Positions 25,501 through 39,462 of a stretch of 64,000 nt of DNA are shown one piece after another. The translations under genes and the position numbers were made by a program. Location of the stretch: assembly GCF_001194135.2 (NCBI RefSeq), contig NC_068981.1, forward strand, positions 106,877,805-106,941,804, given 5' to 3'. How positions within the stretch are numbered: position 1 is the first letter of the stretch; each line of letters begins with the position of its first letter. The stretch is from Octopus bimaculoides (Eukaryota). The notes beneath the pieces were generated by a model, which was not told the origin of the DNA, made no database searches, and saw only the letters and a list, made by a program, of their open reading frames with translations.

Positions 25501-26612
25501 TCCCTCTGATGACTATTTCATCACTACTCATGCACTGAGTGATATCAAGATGTGGACTGTGATGGACTGTAGTATTGGAGTTTCCTACAATTGAAGAGCA
25601 CTTCCACCTCCATCATCTGAAAAACGGTTCTGTTAGGAATACAATGCCTTTGAAGACTATGTACTATAGGGATTGAACTCTTGGTTCTTTCTCCATAATT
25701 AATCATACTCACTAAAAAATGGTGGTAAGTTTTCAGAAACCTTAGTAATGCAGAAGTACCAACAGTATGAATGCTGTACATCTTGAAAGATATTCATACA
25801 TGTGTTTGAAGCTCACAAACAGCCTAAATAATCTAGTGTTTCTGCACATTTACTGCATTAGAATTTCTACTTTCTTGAGTTTTCCTTTGGTCTTCATTGC
25901 CATCATCATCTTCTTTAATGTCCATTTTCTATGCTGGTTGAGTGCTTTGACCAGAGCTGGCAAGCAGAAGAGCTGCACTGGATTCCAGTCTGATTTGGCT
26001 TGGTTTCAACAGCTGGATGCCCTTGCTGTGGTCAGCTTTGCCTTTCATCCTTTTGGGTTCAACTAAATGAAGTACCAGTCAAGTACCTGGGTCAATGTAA
26101 TTGACTAACAGCCTTACCTTTTGTGCCATAATTCATAGCAATATTTATACATGACTTTATTGGATGTCTTTACATAAATCATTGCACAGCATTTCCTATT
26201 AATTAAATCAGTTAGAATGATGAGCACATTTTTTAACTGATACATTGTTATTGCTGTTGTTGTTGAATTTAAAACAACTCTTTAAAATCATATATTTATT
26301 TTCAATTTTGCATATCAAGATATTTTATAAGTGCTTAATTTTATGTCATATGTTGTTGGCTACTGGTATTAATGTTAGAAGTTTGGTCTACAAGATATTT
26401 CTTTGCTGCTGCTGTTTAGTTCCCAGGCCAGTGCTGATCACCTAGACCTGCAATCAAAGGTATTTCAACCATGAACCTCCCCTCTCTTTTTCCCTTTTGA
26501 TAAGACATTCAAGTGAGATTTGAGGGATATAGGTTACTATATCTAGTAAATGAAGTAGCTGCATAGTAACTGATTTATTGGTATGGTTTGTGTTGAACTG
26601 TTTACAGTGAGT

Positions 26613-26990
26613 GCATCATCATCATCATCATCGTTTAACGTCCACTTTCCATGCTAGCATGGGTTGGACAATTTGACAGAGGACTGGTGGACCAGGTGGC
26701 TACACCAGGTTCCAATCTGATTTGGCAGAGTTTCTACAGCTGGATGCCCTTCCTAACGCCAACCACTCCAAGAGTGTAGTGGGTGCTTTTATGTGCCACC
26801 GGCACGAAGGCCAGTCAGGTGGTACTGGCAACGGCCATGCTTGAAATGGTGTATTTTACGTGCCACCTGCACAGGAGCCAGTCCAGCGGTACTGGCAACG
26901 ATCTTGCTTGAATGTCTTTCACGTGCCAGGAAGGCGACGTTGGTAACAATCACACTCAAATAGCACTATTTACATGCCACCGGCACCGAT
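26613..26990 (-). mobile_element. Retroposon with (GAT)n tail (RTE-type 3' end)
   Basis: catcatcatcgtttaacgtcc.ctttccatgctagcatgggttggac... shared with 44840-45100, 49685, 53780, 55587, 58467, 61117. Confidence 0.8.
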
Positions 26991-27554
26991 ATTTATTGAT
27001 CAAGTCTAGTTATAACAACATAGTTTTAATGTTGATAAAAAATTTTTTTTTTTTCATATACAAGTCAATCCGTTTCTATTTTTTAATCTTAAAAAAGATG
27101 ATCTCATTAAAATAACATATTTGCTAGAAATTTCCTTTTTTGCTCTCTTCTTCTCTTTGTCTATCTGCACTATCTCTCCCCCCTCTTTCTCCCTCCCTCT
27201 CTTTCTCCCTCTCTCCCCTATCTCTCTCAAAATTATCCTTATATCAAAAGAAGCCGACATAAACAAACCTAGAACATGTCAAATATCTTTTATTACATCA
27301 TATTAATCACTGTTACTAATGTTCTATGGATTGTAGATTTCTGTTGTATAAAGATTTAGTGTAGTTTTGTGGAAAAGAAATATGTACCTTTGTGTAAATA
27401 TCATATGATCACTTGGATGTTTGATTAGCATTCTACTGGAAAATGTATGGCTAAAGACTGGACACTATCCATAAGTAGGACAAACACTATATTGATCTTT
27501 AATATCATTGATTTACATCAGACTCGTGCAGAATATTAAGCCTATATATATATT

Positions 27555-27691
27555 CTTTTATTTGTTTCAGTCTTTTGACTGTGGCCATACTGGAGCACTG
27601 CCTTTAGTCAAACAAATTGACCCCAAGACTTATTCTTTGTAAGCCTTGTACTTATTCTATTGGTCTCTTTTGCCATCTATCTATCTATCTC

Positions 27692-27766
<75 letters not shown>

Positions 27767-27925
27767 GATGGGCTTCTTTCAGTTTCCGTCTACTAAATTC
27801 ACCCACAAAACTTTGGTTGGCCCGAGCCTATAGTAGAAGACACTTGCTTAAGCTGCCACACAGTGGGACTGAGCCTGAAACCATGTGGTTGGGAAGTAAG
27901 CTTCTTACCACACCACCATGCCTAT
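27555..27925 (-). mobile_element. tRNA-derived SINE with internal (TA)n(CA)n
   Basis: Reverse complement of the 9832 family. Confidence 0.8.
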
Positions 27926-30135
27926 ATACACATTGATGTGTTGGTTACAGTTGTTAAATAAACTACTTGTAAATATGTTTCTTTGCAATTTTTCCTAGAA
28001 TTTGTTGTTTTTTCTTAACCCTGTATATTAAAAACACATAGCACACACAAAAGAATAAATATTCCACATAATTTGTTAAAACTGGATTTAGGGGCTACAT
28101 GAGAAATTCCTAGCGTTACTTGGAAAATGTTCTGATATTTGTGAAAGCTTTTAAGACTGAGAGTTCTGGGAAATCGTCCTTAACGAGGAGAAGGATACAA
28201 ATTAAGAATGTAGTTTGTTCAATATATGGCATGATTTGATCAAGACTAGCGATTTAATGAAAATATTTTCATTTTCGTCAGTATGCATTTATTGCTAATA
28301 TTGAATAAATATTTCACTATACTTGGTCCAGCATTTCTATCACATATATTTACTTTCCATTAATAACTAAGCTAAGTTGAGCTCAATGCATTAAATGAAA
28401 ATAAAAAGAGAAAAATCACCTCCTGCTATGATCAAGTGCTTCTAAATACAGTTTAGTGTTAGATAAAATTGTTATACACTCAGAATTTAGTGTAGTTGCT
28501 ACAGCCATTTTGGTAAAAATTTTAAGCAATTATTTCAACTTGGAACAAATATTGTTTTCCTTTTGTAAAAACATATTTACCTTTTACTGACATTGTCATA
28601 TGTAATTATATATTCTTTGCTCATTTCAACATCATATAGACCATGAGTAACTCATTATAACATCACATTCACAGATATTTGATTTTATTTGAGCTGAGAG
28701 TGATTATTATTTTCCGGTAGCTTATACTCTCTTTTGTTGTGTTTAGACTCAGAAGAGTTTAAATAAAAAAAAATAAAAAGTGATGATTGAAAAACTTATT
28801 TCAAAAATTCATTGTTTCTATATTAGATTTAGGTTTTAACTTGCCTGTAACACCTTAATATTTGTAACCATTACTGTATTTTGTTGACTTTTCCTTACCT
28901 TTGTTATTATTAAGAGAGAAGTTCCCCAGGAACTTCTCTCTTTTAAAAAAATATATATAGAGCCACACCAGTTTTAGCCACTTTGGTAAAAGAAATATTG
29001 AACACTTTTAATTCATTAAACTAATATTTTGTTGTTGAATAATTTTTCAGCACTGCTATGTCAGTGTTGCATTATTTCAAAAGACCATATGAACTGTTGA
29101 CTGTGTCTTGTTAGAGACAGTCAAGAATAAACTGAAGACATATAGAGAAATCAAAAACAAGTAATAACTTGTAATAACAATATGAACAAGACTAAAAGTG
29201 AGGGTAAAATGTGCAAATAGTTATGGTGTCAAACTCTCAACTCATGGATTATGAGTTAGTATCCCACAGAGAAATTCTTTTGTGGTCTCCAGACTGGAGA
29301 CTTAATATGCCTTCATTTCCCCAGAACTTCTAATGAAATTTACATGCGATACACTAACATTCTCCCCAGAGATTGAATTATTTCATTTCATTTGTTTTAT
29401 TCTACAGGCTCAATTACCTGGTTCATTGTGACCCATGACTTCTTGGTTTACATCATTACAAATTCTTCAGTCTGAATAGATTTACAAATCATTAGAAATA
29501 ATTTTCAGAAGTGGACCTACAGAAGCTCCCTAAGTTTTTTTTAATATTTATTTCCTGTTTCTCATTCTAGCTTGATTAGATGTTGGTACAAACTTTTTCA
29601 AAACCCTTAACATTTTTTACTTTTAACTAGTTAAGCTTTTTCAGTGTAGAGTGGTGTATTGTTTTAGGGTCACAAGTGGCTACCTTAAGTTTCTTAACAC
29701 CAGTCCTATGCAGTGTATAACAATTTGAGATGATATTACCAGGTATATCATTAGAAAAGTTAACTGCTATGCCCCATCAATTTCTCTACAAATTCTTCAA
29801 CCCATTTGTAAAAATTTTAAATGCCAACAATTTTTGCATTTTATGAAATCTACAATCAAAATGGCTCAATAGTGTATTGAAGTGCCAAGTTCAGATTTAC
29901 CAGAGTCAAGTTCTAGGTTCTTCATTCTTTTAGTTACTTGGAATATGTTCCAGATCTTCTGGAAACTTCTGCCTAAATAAAAAGACTGTCATCCTCTTGC
30001 TCAAGGCACATCTTTCTCCTCTGCTTAATGCCAAGGAATCTAAGCCTATCAGTAAGGTTTGAATTCAAAGAAAATCTTTACTTATTGTCAAATATATTAC
30101 TGACCATTATCATAATCACCAACAACTACAATTTG

Positions 30136-30240
<105 letters not shown>

Positions 30241-30562
30241 GTGTATGTGTGTTAACATTATTGACTTTAATCCCAATCATATGCCTATAGAGGTATCACT
30301 TATTATTACTGTACATCAAAGAGAGAGGCCTGATATGTCATTTTTCCCTAGTAGGTAGTTCATTAAAACTCTGACAATTATTTCCACAAATGTTCAGTTC
30401 CTATGAGTTTTTCCTATTTTGATTGTTTCTTTTTCCCAAAGCATGTGTAGTGTGTGTCTGTTTATGCATTTTCATGATAAGCAGCCCTAGTTTATTTTAT
30501 TTATATTTCCAGCATTCCAAACTAATGTAGACCAGACAAATGCTTGTAAGTCTGAGAAGACA

Positions 30563-30644
<82 letters not shown>

Positions 30645-30874
30645 CACACATACACACACAGGATTAAAAAGGAAAAAGAAGCAAATTTCCAACTTAGTCT
30701 GATATACCAATTTGGCAGTCAGAAAGACAAACAATCATAGACAAAATTAAAACTTTGGAAAATTTCATCTACAGGGTCAAACAAGGGTATTATACTTAAA
30801 GAAGAAAGAAAAAGAAAAGGCTCTGACATGATGAAAGTGATTTAAAACTAATGTTAATTTTTATTTGCACACAG

Positions 30875-30910
30875 ACTTATAAATGTTCTCACTACACACT
30901 TATGCTGGAG
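30875..30910 (+). other. Candidate 36-nt exon of an unidentified gene
   Basis: Branch-point-like ACTAAT at 30847-30852, acceptor tttatttgcacacAG, donor GAG|GTGAGT; open in two frames (TYKCSHYTLMLE or LINVLTTHLCW). Confidence 0.35.
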
Positions 30911-33900
30911 GTGAGTTACATAGAGGTTGAAAATATTTTCTAGCCTATCAACTTTATCTTTAGAATATATATTTGCTATATACATTTACATTACATTTTA
31001 GGTGGTTAGACCTGTGATTGTTAATGGCTGCCTCATTCCTAGATTTAAACTGGTTGCCTTTATTTCTAAACTAAGAGTAGCAATATCTTTAAATCATTGG
31101 CTGCTGTCACATGTGCATGGTTTTTGTTTGTGCTTATGCTTGTGTATAGATTTGATGGATGAATGACTGTAAACATTTACTAGAAAGTGTTTACATCTAT
31201 TTACATCTATTTCTTTGGCATGTCTAATACCATTTACCAACTAACAAAAAAACAATCAAGTGTGTACATACATCAACAAAAGACAAACCATACACATACA
31301 CCAAGACACACTCACAAATAATCACATTCACAAAAATATACAACCGCATATTCACATATGCAAGCATTCTGAATTACTCTTTAATGTTCCTATATCAAAC
31401 ACACATACATACACACACATAATAGAAATGACAAGGCTGTTTAGAATAATTTATATCAACTGAAATGTATATGTCACTTGTGCTGCATGTTACTCAATAA
31501 CATGTGTTATGTAAGTGTTAGGGTTGAGAAGCAGAAAAAACTCAATATTATTGCATAATCGCTTTCATTTTAGATTCACCATCACAATTTTAGTTTCCTT
31601 CACTTCCTGTCTACCACTTCTCTCTTTATTACTAATATTGTCTCTCTTACTTTTCCCATTTCTTTTTCCTTCTTCCTCTCTAACTCTTCCTGCCTGATTC
31701 CTTCACTGGCTTCTTCAGTTTCTTGGTCTTCTTTCCCTTCTTCCCCTCTTCCTTTTCTCAGTCCTGTTTCTTGCTCCCATCTCTCTCATTTAACTTTTCT
31801 ATTTTCATTCTCTTACTCTATCATTCAATATCCTTCTCCTTCTTGTTTTCTATTTTCTCTCCTTAGCATTACCCTTTTTTTCACACACACCAACTTATCT
31901 TTTGTATGCTATCTTCTTAAATATTTCTCTATCCTTTTTTCACTCTTCATCTTTGATATTTATGGTTGTATTTTATACACAGATGTATTACAAAACAAGT
32001 AATAGAATTTGCCAAAATGAAAACGATTAGTTCTTTTACCCTCTCTCCTCCACTTATCCTCTCTGCATTTATAATCCTTGGGTTAAGGCATATTGCTTTT
32101 TTTTTGCCCAACTTGCCTAACTGAAATACATATATAATATTCTCTTTCTCAGTATCATTGAGGTGTGAGTAGAAGTAAGAAAAGAGATCTATAAACTTAG
32201 TATTTGCTGACCCAAAACAAGTTAGATTAAATATCAGTTGGTGTTAGAAATTTTCAAAGAATATTTTTCTAGGAATTTGATGTGCTATCCAACACAGAAT
32301 TCAGTTGTTACAAAGAAAGTGAGATTGAAGAGAATTACTTTCTTCATGAAGAATAGTGGCATTGCATCAGATTTTCCAATGAGTCTATAATTCTGAGACA
32401 CATTAATCCTAATCTCCATAAAACAGAATATGGAATCACAAATGTAGGAACAAAACAGTAAAGTATTCACCATTCTCCCTGAGTCATGATACTATTATTA
32501 CTAATAGCAAAGAATGTTTGATATCTGTTGCTAAAGGTGAAAGAAACAGGCTACGCTGAAATTCTAAAGAAAGCTGCAATGTTATTCATGGACAATCAAA
32601 ACCCCGACCTTTTGCTGACAAGGTTTAACTGATTGTCATATATTCAGTGCTTCAGAGAATTGGATCATGGATAGCAATATAAAATTAATAGAACATTGGT
32701 AGGATTCCAATTCAGGAAAATGACCCAGTATAGCTTGTCAGTCAAACAATGAAGTGCAGGCTTTTACTGCTGAGCTTATTGTACAATATGTTAATTTGAA
32801 GTGTTCTTTGATTGGTTGATTTTCTAATTAGGATAACCATTATCATTTTAGCACCCATTTTTCCATATCATTGTACATTTGATTGTGACTGTAATACAAC
32901 AAAATGCACATCAAGCTTGTGTTATCACATCTTTGAGGTTTACTATTCTGTCTTAACCACTTCTTGGAGCTTTAAAATAAACTGCCTATCATAAAATTCT
33001 GACACATTTTCATTCAAAATGCATTGTTTATTCATCCATAATGTGTAGATATAATAATTGTGACCCTTCTTTTATCATCATCATTTAACGTCTATTGTCC
33101 TTGCTGGCATGGTTTTGGATAGTTTGACCAAGGTTGGTAAGTTGAGAGGCTGTGTCAGACAACATATGTACCAATGTTTTTTGCTTTTTTGACTGACTTG
33201 TGCATAGCAATTTTTGTAAAGTAACGTTGATAAAGTATTATTCCATATGAAAGATATTATAATTACAAATCAATTAAATAAAAATAGCAGTTCGTAGCTT
33301 CAAGTCAAGACAAGCTTCTAAGTTAAATTTTCAATATATATTTTAAATACTTCTGATCTTTTATACTTTTGAAACAGGTTTCCAGTTTTTTTTACCTCAA
33401 TCAAATGGAATAAGGAATTATATAATTTATCTTACTTTTTATGTTCTTTTTCCTTTTTGCTTGAAGATTTTAATGAAGGCTTTAAATGTTAGCTAATTCA
33501 TTAATTTTACATTTACATGCTAATTAGTACATCAGAAACATCAAATAAAATAATGTAGTTTAACCTAATTAGGTTAAATATATTTCTGGCTTCATGAAGT
33601 CCTTTTTTTTAATTACATAATCACTATAATGAAATATATTATTCAAATTTAAATAGCATTCTTGCTATACAAAATTAAATTTACAGCATTTTAAAAAAAT
33701 TCTCACCTGACTTCATTAAAATTCTTATGATAATTGTCATGAATCCCCTTAAAAGATCCTTTCAGTTCTTTTGAAACTGCATTTCTTGACTTTTAGAATT
33801 ACATGCATGTAAGAAGCTGATTCTTTAGGTTTTGAAAAAAAAAAAAAAAATGAATTATGTGCATCTGCATGTGTAAAGGCTGCATATTTCAATCTAGTAT

Positions 33901-36900
33901 AATATAGCTAGTTGTCAGATGTTCACTGCTGAAAGAAGGACAATTCATTTCAAGAATATGTTAGGCAACAGTGTGTGTGTGTGTGTATTCCATTTTAAAA
34001 TTTGCTTGATAAAGACTAGAAAAAGAAAGCACTGAAGATTTATGGGTTTATGCATTTTTCTTTAATAAAATGTGATGTATTTATTTGTACATATGATTTT
34101 GAAAGATATTCTCACTAGGAAATTTATTGATAAATATAATAAAAATAAATAAAAAGTAAATAATTTTTTTCTTTGCAAATAGATTTATATCTACACTACA
34201 AAGCTGACGATGATGTTGATGGTGATAAAATGTAATATCGAAAATCCAAAACCTATTGACTGCTTTCTCCCATAATTTTCATATGGATATGCAATGATTC
34301 TCCTTTATTTTTCATTTTTAATGTATGTTTTATGTATGTTCAGTAATGATACACCTTTGGTATCTTTGATGGCATGATGGAATTGATTAATCTCATATTC
34401 CAGTGTATCGGGGTTAAACTAATTTACTCCTGGTCTTCTTTACTGACAGTTTCTTGATTCATGGAGATTGAGCTTGTCTCATCTATCCTGTCTAACTATT
34501 TATTGTAGAATGAAGAGATGTTTAATATATGAAATCATCATGTCATTTAGTATCTAAAAATTGTTACTTCCATGCATACATGTTCAGCATAACACTGCTA
34601 GCCCTACCATTGCAACAGTACAAAGATACAATGAACATTTTGAGTAATTGTGTACTATGAATTGAAGATATAAATGAATGACTCCTCTTTAATGCTGAAA
34701 ACTATTGTTTCTTTGTTTTTTATTAATTTTTTGTGAAAATTTTGCCACTGAAATGTTGGTCTCTTTTGACTGAGCATGTGGTTAAAGATTTGTGGGTTTG
34801 TGTTGATGTCAGTTTGAATTCTCTGATGGATTTTTTTTACCACCAACTCTGGAAGGATGAAAGGTATACATAAACTGAACAAATTTTGAGTGCGGAACAG
34901 TGTGATGCTATACAACAAGCATACAAAATGGTGAATTACATTGTGTAATATTTTTTTGTCTATGAAACTATGCAGATTCTCAAACTGAAGTTTACATTAT
35001 GAATTTTTGTTCTTACTCAAGTAGATGTGACATCTTTGTACAGAAATATGGAGTTTTAATTACTGTTTAAATATCTAATTTACCTTTGTAATTACTCAAA
35101 TATTCAGTCTGCTCTATTTCAACATGTTGATTATATAATATTAGAGAAACCCATCCATTAAATTTTGTTTGAACTTATCTTTATTAGCATATATAAGGTT
35201 GTTGCTTACTGCTTGATAGCATTAATCAGGTAATCATGGGAGAGTAACATGGCACTATTGTTTTTCTTAAATATTTATTCAAAACTTTAGTTCTCTAATT
35301 AATGCCAGAAATTGCACTGTTTAAATGTAATATTTATGTTAGATTAAGTAATAGTTATTTAATATGATTGCTTTTGCCTTTAAATAAATAATATTGCTAA
35401 TATATGTACATTATATTGCTTTGAATGTGTATTTGATTTCATAGAATATTTTTACAAAACAATCTTTATTCAGTTTTATTAAATTGTTCAGTTTTCAATA
35501 TCAGTTTATTTATTGACAAAAAAATTTCGTCATCCTTGCTATGTTTCCTCGTGATCATGTAATGGAAGCTTGTGTGAATTTTGTGAATCTATTTCAATCT
35601 TCTGATAGTTGTTGTTTAGTCCTGAATCAGCTTTCACTGAGTAAAGCTATGATCAAAAGTTTTCCACTCACGGCCATCCTCTCTTTTTCTCAAATAATAG
35701 ATATGTAGAGTTGCCTTATCCAAAGTATCTTCTCTCTTTTAGGACTCAGTGTGTAAGGGAAATAGGGTTAATAATTTTAGCTGGCTTGTTCTTATGATTG
35801 TAATAGAATTATATGCTTGGTGTTCGGTACTGTTACACCTATCTGAATTGTATGTATATGAAACTCATATCATGTATAACTTAGCTGTATAGATAGAAAA
35901 TTAACTAAGGAACACTTGTTTGTAAGCATTGGCAGATATGGAATATATATATATATATCTCCTCTTTGTGATGTCTAATATTGCACTTCAGGAAAAAGAC
36001 AGAAATCAGCAGTAAGATGCTTCATATGATATTGCAGTAATTCTTTAAACATTTATGAACATAAAAGGATGACATATCTCTACTTTAAGTAGACACAGGT
36101 GATGTTCTATAAGATTTATTGGTTTGTGGTAAATGGAAGCTGATCATCTATTTATTGTATCCTTCCTGTGCGGGGTGTGGGGACCAGGCCATGTCAAATG
36201 TTATTCTTCCTTGTAGCAGTTATAACATATACTTTACCCAGCCGTTGCTGCAGCTCAAAATGTCAGAAAGCTGATAATGATAATTGATTGAAATCTTTGT
36301 GTTTAAGATATTAGATGCTAAATGCCTAATTATTGGCATAGGCCAATTAATACTCAGCAACAACAATAATTTCTACATAGTAACTGCAAGATCTAATTAT
36401 TGTTTATCTGGTAATAATATTCAATAAGTTGTCACATGTATACTTTGAAATAATAAGTGGCTCCCCCTACACTTGAACTCAATAGATTAAAAACTGTTCG
36501 AGAAGAATTTTTTTTATTAGTAGCACTTGAAATATTCAGCTGTGACCAAAAGTCAATATAAATTGATTATATCTTGTTTGTCTTCTAAAACAGAATATTA
36601 AGATTGAACAGCTGTTCTCCTGAAAATATTTGCACTTCTTCAATTCTAGTTGTGTAGCCCAAGGTCAACCATGATCAAATACACTCATGATCAAAGTCAT
36701 GTTTTCTTTTGTAAGGCATAGTGTATTTTAAGTTATATTACCTAATTTGTCTGAGAAAGATTTAGTTACAATTCCTAACAGTTTGAGTTACCATGTAAAG
36801 GTTCCCTCCTTAGTTTAGTTTTTCATTTCATAAAACGATTCAGCAACTAGACAAAATATATTTTCCCTCTTTCTTCCTGGACCCTATCTAACTCTTTTGT

Positions 36901-37179
36901 TTTTCCTCTCTGTTAAGTATAAATACTGATAAGTAATTCAATCAATTCTAAAATTGTCAACCATTGTCACTATGGTTAGTGGCAATGATTATATGCTTTA
37001 GAAATCATTTTTCTGAAATCCCATACCTGCATAAAAATCATGGGACATTCGTCTTGCTAAGCTGCACTTCTGCATTCCTCTCTCTCTCCCCTTCAGTGAA
37101 TTTAGTATTGTGAATGCTTGGCTGAGAAGCTTGCTTCACTACCACGTAGTTTCAGGTTCAGTCCCATTACATTATTTAT

Positions 37180-37625
37180 TATCATGACCAGGTACCAACC
37201 CAGACTGCAACAACAACGTCCACTTGCCACATTTCTTGGTCAAACATCATTGCCTCGAGTTCTTTGATACATTCCAGGCCAGTGTTGTGATCAACTTGTT
37301 CATATAAGTGTGATGGTATTTTCCTCTTCTTACATCGCCATATGGATTCCAAAAGACTAATTTGGATGCTTCCATTCCAGGATGACTCATGCAGTAACCA
37401 AATAGTCACAGCCATCTTTGCCTGATCTTCTTGCTAACTTTCAACTTGTCATCTGTTGCTGCCATTTCACATTTAGGACCATTTGTAGCATCCTTGTGTA
37501 GCAGCTATCTAGCCCATTTGATAATTTCTTTGTCAGTGTCCATATTTTATGCCATATAATAGCACTGATTCGACAGTTGCAATGAACAGCTTGATTTTGA
37601 TTTGCATTGGCAGTTTGGAGTTCCT
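37180..37625 (-). mobile_element. RTE-clade LINE 3' remnant nested in a SINE
   Basis: Reverse strand reads IKLFIATVESVLLY..TWTLTKKLSNGLD..YTRML..NTGLECIKELEAMM. SINE head at 37110-37175 resumes at ~37630. Confidence 0.75.
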
Positions 37626-39462
37626 GACCTTCTACTACAGCCTTGGGCTGATCAAAACCTTGTAAGCTGATTTGGTTGACAGAAATTGAAAGAAACCCTT
37701 TGTGTGTGTGTGCCCTTATTTTGACGTCACATTATAGTTGTAAATAGGCATCATCATCATCAAATAAGCGATGTTGTTCATGGCCATGGAAAAATATTAA
37801 AGGTAATGATGATGATGATTATCACTGACACACCTATCACAAATATCTCTATCGTCAATACCTGTATTGCTTATCTTGCTTATCTCTCAATCACTTTCTT
37901 CCTACCCTATTCTTTTTTATTGCCCTCTCATCTTAGTTCCTCTGTTCTTACCATCACATTATTAGTTCCCTCTCTCAGTCATCCTGGATATTCTTCTGTC
38001 ACTGTTGTTCTCATATATTCAACTTCTAAGCAAGTAAAGATTCTGTAATCCTACGGGGTACAAAGTAACCCTACTTTTGGTGATGCCACCATAAAGTTGC
38101 TGCCAAGCAGCTTTATACTGACATCACCAAAAGTGATTGGGGTCAAAAAGACTCTTTGGTCTTGTCAAAGGCATGACAATCTCTCTAGTACTGAATGTAA
38201 TAATTTTTTTTTTAAGTGGAAGAAAAGATTAAAAAAAAAGCACTTAGTACATTCTATGAAGTGATTGGTATTTGATAGGGCATCCTGCAAAAGAAATCAT
38301 GCCAAAACTGAGAAGGAGTGCTTTAATTCTAATAAGAACTGATTCAGAGGCTATTGAACCATCCAGCCTATGCCTGCATGAAAAAAGAACATAATAGAAT
38401 AATGATGGATGATATTTCTGTAAGGCATCATCCTTTTGTTTTCCTCACCCACTACAAGAGAGTCTTATATTATATATTTTTCAATCTGTTCTGCAAACAA
38501 TCTATTTCAAAAAGCTTGTACACTTGTCTATAACATACAATGATTTCAAAATGTAACAGTGAGCTGTCTAGAAAATGTAACATTAAATATATAAACATAT
38601 TTTCTCCATCTACATTTCTCTCAAATAAGAAATTGATTTGCTAACTATATAGTTTATTATATAATTTATTCATTTTATGAGGATTACTGATGTTTTTATG
38701 TTTTTATGGCCAGTAAATTTAGTTTACAAGTTGTTGTAAATAGCTGGTCAAAAACATCTACTCTAACAACTGTGTTAAGCTATAGAATATATGTGTATGT
38801 TTATATATATATAAATCTGCTTGTAAACTTTGTAATTATATCTAGTTACAGTGTGTATTTTCAGTATGAACACACAAAGTATTGAGGGTCAAAATAATGA
38901 TGTGTACATTCATTACTGATATGTTCCTGCACACAATAACAAATACTGGCTGCAAGAGAACTTCTCTCAGAGAACAAATTCTCCCTATATACTTTGTGCT
39001 ATAAAGACATGCCAGCTTTAAGTGATATCTGTGGGCTATCAGACACAATCAGTTTCACTTTCTCAGTGTTAGATACTTCCTTTGTTATCCGAAATCTGAC
39101 AGGAACTTAGGTTCCTAAAGAGAAACAGCAAACATCTGCTAGTATTTGTTTGTTGCTTGCCAATCTGGAATTAATTTGGTATACTCACACAAAGTAACAA
39201 GGATCAAAATAATGATGTGTACATTTCTATTTTACATTTATTTTGTGTTGGCAATATCAAAGACATTATGACCCAACTGAACAACTGGTTCAGAGCAGTT
39301 AACAGTAGCCATCTCTTCAAGAGGTTTAAAGTGGATGTGTTTCCAATACAGTATGATATCCAAACAACAGTGACCTATACTCCATGACTCATAAGGAATT
39401 AAAGGAGAAATTGTGTTCCACTTAAAAATTCCATTGATGGTAAAAGACTTTAAAGCCACTGA

